Below are positions 39,165 to 43,737 of a stretch of DNA of 43,737 nt, one piece after another. Source of the stretch: Candidatus Eiseniibacteriota bacterium. Lineage in GTDB: Bacteria; Eisenbacteria; RBG-16-71-46; CAIMUX01; WJJG01. The stretch's first letter is position 1. The number at the start of each line of letters is the position of its first letter. Made by a program: the position numbers and the translations under genes. The notes under the pieces were generated by a model, which searched no databases, was not told where the DNA came from, and saw only the letters and a list, made by a program, of their open reading frames with translations. The stretch covers positions 1-43,737 of the forward strand of contig JAZDGX010000129.1 in NCBI GenBank assembly GCA_043806645.1, in the 5' to 3' direction.

Positions 39165-40142
39165 ATGGTTCCCTGGGACAAGGCCGGAGGCGTGCGACTG
39201 CCTTCCGTTCTTGCCCTTGTCGCTTGGTCAATCGCCGGTGGCATGTTCCTCAGCCCGGCGAAGGCCAACCTTGCGCCTCCGGCTCCTCAAGAAGGCATCC
39301 TCTTTCACGTACAGCCCGTCAGTGCCGACTTCTGCTCGCAGCAGGCGATTTGGGAATGCTCGCAGCTGCGCCAGTTCACCCCGGAGAAGGGACGGCTCGA
39401 ATTCGATCTCTTTGTTTATACAAAACGTGACGAAGCGAATCTCTCGCTTGGCGAATTGAACCTGCCGTTGAGCTGGCCCGCGGACTGGGAGCTGATCAGC
39501 TGGGAGTGCTGCAAGGGTGGCCAGGGAGAATTGACTCCGCACCGCGACATGGCCGAGCTGAGCATCCGCTGGCCCGAGCGACCCGTCTTCGAGGGACGTT
39601 TGATGCTCGCCGCGCGATTCATCCTGGAAGCACCCGACTGCGGCTGGTTCGGCGTGAACGGATTGGCGAGCGGACCGGTCCTGAGGCTCGGGCGGATGGA
39701 AGGCGACCTGGAAGTCTGGTGGGCCCTGCCCGGATGGGCCCAGGCCGGCGTCGAGTGCAGCCATTGTCACGTACCGTGCGACCTCCTCCTCCCCTGCCGG
39801 CCGGAGTTGTCGCCCGCGGTGCTCGAACTCCAGGCGCTGAGTGGGACCGAAACCAGCGGATGGATCCACGTCAACAGCGGCCGGCGATGCTCACCCCAGT
39901 TCACGACCGATGCGGAGTGGCTGACGCTCGATGTCGGCGCGCCGGTCAGTGCCGATGATGGGGTGCACCTGGATGTCGTCGTCCGAGCGAATGCGCGCGG
40001 ATTGGCCGAGGGAACCTACGAGTCGTGGATCCACGGCACCGATGACTGCGTCGAATGCGTGCGCGTCATCTTCTCCGTGTTTCCGCCTCCCCCTTCCGGA
40101 GTGGAAACCAGTTGGGGCTCCGTGAAGTCGCTTTTCCGCTAG
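39165..40142 (+). CDS. Secreted Cys-rich hypothetical protein with Ig-like domain and C-terminal 'TSWGSVKSLFR' motif
   Basis: GGAGG SD before ATG 39165; signal-peptide-like N-terminus ending AKA; multiple Cys; ends PPPPSGVETSWGSVKSLFR. Confidence 0.75.
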   Translation: MVPWDKAGGVRLPSVLALVAWSIAGGMFLSPAKANLAPPAPQEGILFHVQPVSADFCSQQAIWECSQLRQFTPEKGRLEFDLFVYTKRDEANLSLGELNLPLSWPADWELISWECCKGGQGELTPHRDMAELSIRWPERPVFEGRLMLAARFILEAPDCGWFGVNGLASGPVLRLGRMEGDLEVWWALPGWAQAGVECSHCHVPCDLLLPCRPELSPAVLELQALSGTETSGWIHVNSGRRCSPQFTTDAEWLTLDVGAPVSADDGVHLDVVVRANARGLAEGTYESWIHGTDDCVECVRVIFSVFPPPPSGVETSWGSVKSLFR

Positions 40143-40162
40143 ACCTCTCCACGCCGGGAGTC

Positions 40163-40305
40163 CAACCTTGGACTTGACCCTTGGTCGCGGACCGTGGGCG
40201 CGACTCGTGGATGCGGACCCTGGACGCGACTCTCGGATGCGGACCCTGGACGCGACCCTTGAACGCGGACCTTGAATGCGAACCTTGAACGCGACCCTTG
40301 AACGA
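40163..40305. repeat. Degenerate 13-bp tandem array, 11 units
   Basis: Units such as GACCCTTGAACGC, GGACCCTGGACGC and GACTCTCGGATGC in exact 13-nt register. Confidence 0.85.
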
Positions 40306-40325
40306 GGACAGCTCGGAGATCCGTG

Positions 40326-41075
40326 ATGAGCTTCTTCTCCCGGACCAGGCGCCTGCGTGCTGCACATGTCGCGACCGGCGCCTTGCTCACCCTCTGCGCG
40401 GCGGCAGCCGGGATCCGCGCGCAAGACGATCCCCCGGGCCCCGCCGCGGCGGGAGCGCTCGCTGCCTTTCCACTCGAGTTCGATTCCGAGGCGATCCACC
40501 TGCGCGTGGTCGGGGATTCGGTCGAAGTGGACGGCACCTACTGGCTGGTATGCCACGCCGCCGCAGGCACGACTCATCTAGTCTATCCTTTCCCGGCGGA
40601 TCCGCGCATGGGTGGCGCACGCGCGGTGCGCATGGAGGTCCGCGCGCCGGCCGGGCCGTGGATCCCGCTCGAGCACGACATGCTGCCCAACGGCGCCGCC
40701 TGCCGCTTCCAGGTCCCCCTGCTGGCGGTCGATACGCTGGAGTTCCACGCGGTGTACCGTCAGGCGCTGCTCGAGAATTATGCGCGCTACATCGTCACGA
40801 CGACGCGGGCCTGGGGCAAGCCGCTGCGACGGGCGCTGTTCACGATCACCTTGCCGCCGGGAGCGGAAATCCTGAAGGCGAGCTATGCGTTCACGCCGGC
40901 CGAAGCGGAGGCGTGCGCCGCGAATGCGGGAGGCCGCGCGCCGGCCGGGTCGGCAGCGTCCGCCGCCCGTACCGCCGCGCCAGAGCCGGAGCAGGCCCCC
41001 GGCTCGCGATGCTATTCATTCCAGGCCCGGATGTTCTGGCCCGCCGAGGACATCCTCGTGGAATGGAGTCAATAG
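40326..41075 (+). CDS. Exported hypothetical protein
   Basis: Signal-like N-terminus; [26 protein letters not shown] motifs; 7-nt convergent overlap with ahcY. Confidence 0.65.
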   Translation: MSFFSRTRRLRAAHVATGALLTLCAAAAGIRAQDDPPGPAAAGALAAFPLEFDSEAIHLRVVGDSVEVDGTYWLVCHAAAGTTHLVYPFPADPRMGGARAVRMEVRAPAGPWIPLEHDMLPNGAACRFQVPLLAVDTLEFHAVYRQALLENYARYIVTTTRAWGKPLRRALFTITLPPGAEILKASYAFTPAEAEACAANAGGRAPAGSAASAARTAAPEPEQAPGSRCYSFQARMFWPAEDILVEWSQ

Positions 41076-42520
41076 CGGTAGTGCTCGGGCTTGTACGGTC
41101 CCTGCACCGGTAGGCCGATGTACTTGGCTTGCTGCTCGGTCATCGTGGTCAGCTTCGCGCCAAGATGGTCGAGGTGCAGGCGCGCCACCCGTTCATCCAG
41201 CTCCTTGGGCAACACGTAGACCTTGCGCTGCAACGTGCCCGCCTTGGCCGTCAGCTCCAGTTGGGCGAGCACCTGATTGCAGAAACTGTTGCTCATCACG
41301 AAGCTGGGATGTCCCGTGGCACAGCCCAGGTTGAGCAGGCGCCCCTCGGCGAGCACCAGCACGCTGTGGCCGTCGGCGAAGGTCCACCGATCGTACTGCG
41401 GCTTGATGTTCGTCTTGCGGATGCCGGGCGACCCCGCCAGCCCGGCCATGTCGATCTCATTGTCGAAATGGCCGATGTTGCCGATGATCGCCTGGTCCTT
41501 CATGCGCTCCATGTGGGCCACGGTGATGACATGGTAGTTGCCGCTGGCGGTGATGAAGACGTCGGCGGTCTCGACGACATCCTCCAGGCGCAGCACGGCG
41601 AAGCCCTCCATCAGCGCCTGCAACGCGCAGATCGGATCGATTTCGGTGACGATTACCCGCGCGCCCTGGCCGCGCAGCGCCTGAGCGCAGCCCTTGCCGA
41701 CGTCGCCATAGCCGCAGACCACGCACACCTTGCCCGCCAACATGACGTCGGTGGCGCGGTTCAACCCGTCGATGACCGAATGTCGGCAGCCGTAGATGTT
41801 GTCGAACTTGCTCTTGGTCACGCTGTTGTTCACGTTGATCGCAGGAATCAAGAGTCCGCCCTCGCGCTCCATCTGATACAGGCGGTTGACCCCGGTGGTC
41901 GTTTCCTCGCTCGCGCCCCGGCACTCCTCGGCCATCCGCCGCCAGCGTTCGGGGGTCGCGCGATAAATCGCCTTCAGCGAACGCAGCAGTGCGGCGTAAT
42001 CTTCATGCGCGGCCCCGTCCGCCTCCGGCACGCGGCCTGCCTGCTCGAATTCCCAGCCTTTGTGCAGCATCAGCGTGGCGTCCCCGCCGTCGTCGACGAT
42101 CTGGTGCGGTCCCTGGCCGGAACCGAAATCGAGCGCCCGGTCCACGCACCACCAGTACTCGTCCAGGGTCTCCCCCTTCCAGGCGAAGACGGGAATGCCC
42201 CGCGGCGCCGCGGGCGTACCCTCCGGGCCCACCACCACCGCCGCCGCCGCATGATCCTGGGTCGAGAAGATATTGCAGGAGGACCAGCGCACCTCGGCGC
42301 CCAGGTCCGCCAGGGTCTCGATCAGCACCGCGGTCTGGACGGTCATGTGCAACGAGCCCGAGACACGCACCCCGGCCAGGGGGCGGCGTGCGGCATGCTC
42401 GGCGCGCACGGCCATCAATCCCGGCATCTCATGCTCGGCCAGTGCGATCTCCTTGCGGCCCCAGGCGGCCAAGGCGAGGTCGGCGACTTTGTATTGAAGC
42501 TGATGGGTAGCAGTGGACAT
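41069..42520 (-). CDS. ahcY: S-adenosylhomocysteine hydrolase
   Basis: [75 protein letters not shown]. Confidence 0.98.
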   Translation of the reverse strand: MSTATHQLQYKVADLALAAWGRKEIALAEHEMPGLMAVRAEHAARRPLAGVRVSGSLHMTVQTAVLIETLADLGAEVRWSSCNIFSTQDHAAAAVVVGPEGTPAAPRGIPVFAWKGETLDEYWWCVDRALDFGSGQGPHQIVDDGGDATLMLHKGWEFEQAGRVPEADGAAHEDYAALLRSLKAIYRATPERWRRMAEECRGASEETTTGVNRLYQMEREGGLLIPAINVNNSVTKSKFDNIYGCRHSVIDGLNRATDVMLAGKVCVVCGYGDVGKGCAQALRGQGARVIVTEIDPICALQALMEGFAVLRLEDVVETADVFITASGNYHVITVAHMERMKDQAIIGNIGHFDNEIDMAGLAGSPGIRKTNIKPQYDRWTFADGHSVLVLAEGRLLNLGCATGHPSFVMSNSFCNQVLAQLELTAKAGTLQRKVYVLPKELDERVARLHLDHLGAKLTTMTEQQAKYIGLPVQGPYKPEHYRY

Positions 42521-42577
42521 CCAGTCTTCCTTTCCGTGGTCTTCCCCGTGCCTGAATCTCGGCTGCCCGCGGATCAC

Positions 42578-42663
42578 CGGCCGGTGGATCGTGCGCCATC
42601 GGTCCGGCCCGCGGCCGGCGGATCGTGTCCCGTAGCCCTCCCTACCCGCGGCCGGCGGATTGT
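42578..42663. repeat. Three 15-16-bp direct repeats with unique 18-21-nt spacers
   Basis: CGGCCGGYGGATYGT at 42578, 42612 and 42649. Confidence 0.65.
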
Positions 42664-42676
42664 ACTCCGCGGCCCC

Positions 42677-43735
42677 CTAACCCGCAACCCGCGCGGAACC
42701 GCGCGGACCCGCGTGCGCGGACCCGCGGCGTTCGAGAATGCGCCGGTCGATGTCGAGGATCCGCGCCTGGTGGGCCAGCCAGTACTCCGGATCGCGTTGC
42801 CGGTTGAGCTGCTCGACCGTCTTTCCCTGCTGCTCGACCCAGGTGTAGTACTTGAGATTGGCCCAGCAGTCGCGGGCGTGCTGTGTGCCCTCGCGAATGT
42901 AGTCCAGCCCCTGCCGGTGATAGATCGCCTCCAGCCGCGCCGCCGCCGTGGACTCGTCCAGCGGGCCGAAGTGCTCGCGCATCTGCGCCAGGACCGAATG
43001 GTAGCGATCGAGCGCATCGGTGGCGATCGTGAAGATCACGTCGCCCCGGCCGAAGCGGTAGAACTTCGCCGTCTTGATCGCGCCCAGGATGTTGCAGATC
43101 GAGGAAATGCCGAAGAGCGTGGCCATCCGCTCGATGACCGCAGCGGAAATCCCCGCCCGGGCGAGCGCCTTCCAGCCCGGCGGCTCGGCCAGCACCTGCA
43201 GCCCCCGCTTGCTGTCCCATTCATCGATGCACATCAAGGCATCCATGGTGTCGGTGTTGTGGATCCAGGTGACATGTTTGTCGCCGATCCCCTGGATGTC
43301 GTGGCCGCCGTAGCCGTTCGCGTACAGAGTGGGACACTGCACCGGCTCGAGCCCCACGATGCGCGCAGCGGGTACATGCTGGCGCAGCAGATCCCCCGCG
43401 GCGATCGTCCCGCCCGATCCCATGGCCGAGACAAACCCCGCCAGCCGGCGCGCCACGCCGCGCGAGCGCAGATCCGCGAAGACCTCGAGCAGCGTGTGGC
43501 CCGTGACGTGGTAGTGGAAGCGGTAGTTGCCGAACTCCGCGAACTGGTTAACGACCACGGTGTGAGGCTGGCGACCGAGCTCGTTGGCCTTGTCGAAGAT
43601 CTCCTTGACGTTGCTTTCGCAGCCCGGGGTCTTGATGTACTCGGAACCATAGTAATGGATGAGATCGAAGCGTTCCTGGCTCATCAGCTCGGGCAGCAGC
43701 ACCAGGCAGTCGTAGTTCATGCGCGGTCCGACGTA
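42677..43735 (-). CDS. Fold-type II PLP-dependent enzyme (cysteine synthase/threonine dehydratase-like; 5' end outside window)
   Basis: PE.MS.ER, TPGCESNVKEI, NQF..N...HY..TG, PLP-phosphate loop MGSGGT, IQGIG, GISS; frame stays open to the window edge. Confidence 0.85.
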   Translation of the reverse strand, partial: YVGPRMNYDCLVLLPELMSQERFDLIHYYGSEYIKTPGCESNVKEIFDKANELGRQPHTVVVNQFAEFGNYRFHYHVTGHTLLEVFADLRSRGVARRLAGFVSAMGSGGTIAAGDLLRQHVPAARIVGLEPVQCPTLYANGYGGHDIQGIGDKHVTWIHNTDTMDALMCIDEWDSKRGLQVLAEPPGWKALARAGISAAVIERMATLFGISSICNILGAIKTAKFYRFGRGDVIFTIATDALDRYHSVLAQMREHFGPLDESTAAARLEAIYHRQGLDYIREGTQHARDCWANLKYYTWVEQQGKTVEQLNRQRDPEYWLAHQARILDIDRRILERRGSAHAGPRGSARVAG

Positions 43736-43737
43736 GG

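Noticed and set aside
42521-42676. SAH or SAM riboswitch upstream of ahcY
   Set aside because: I could not find the conserved cores of these riboswitches by eye; an Rfam scan would be decisive.

Overview
GC-rich bacterial chromosomal window with no mobile element, CRISPR array, rRNA or tRNA that I can see. A FlgD-like C-terminal domain and a C-terminal 'SWGxVK' motif suggest an FCB-adjacent candidate phylum (inference). Left to right: a TCA operon (sucC-sucD-isocitrate/isopropylmalate dehydrogenase); a ~2390-aa lipoprotein of 24 tandem Cys-rich Ig-like repeats; an S8 protease; MFS transporter, P-loop protein and holin-like membrane protein; two sulfatase-fold enzymes, a GT-C-like membrane protein and a VKOR-DsbA-DsbA fusion; gltX-glnS; a candidate structured ncRNA and an orphan HEPN protein; an EamA transporter; a selenocysteine peroxiredoxin split by the ORF caller at its UGA; a YgeY-type M20 hydrolase; a single-operon sugar-phosphate-type bacterial microcompartment (wHTH, RpiB-DeoC fusion frameshifted in a G7 run, 2 BMC-T, BMC-H, 3 BMC-P, aldehyde dehydrogenase, class II aldolase); two exported hypotheticals; ahcY; and a partial PLP enzyme. 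Most striking: cysteine co-variation at all 23 junctions between neighbouring repeats of the giant lipoprotein, implying inter-domain disulfide staples; the Sec peroxiredoxin with a possible alternative resolving Cys; and the compact microcompartment with a Cys-to-Asp RpiB. All calls are by-eye motif recognition; no searches were run.
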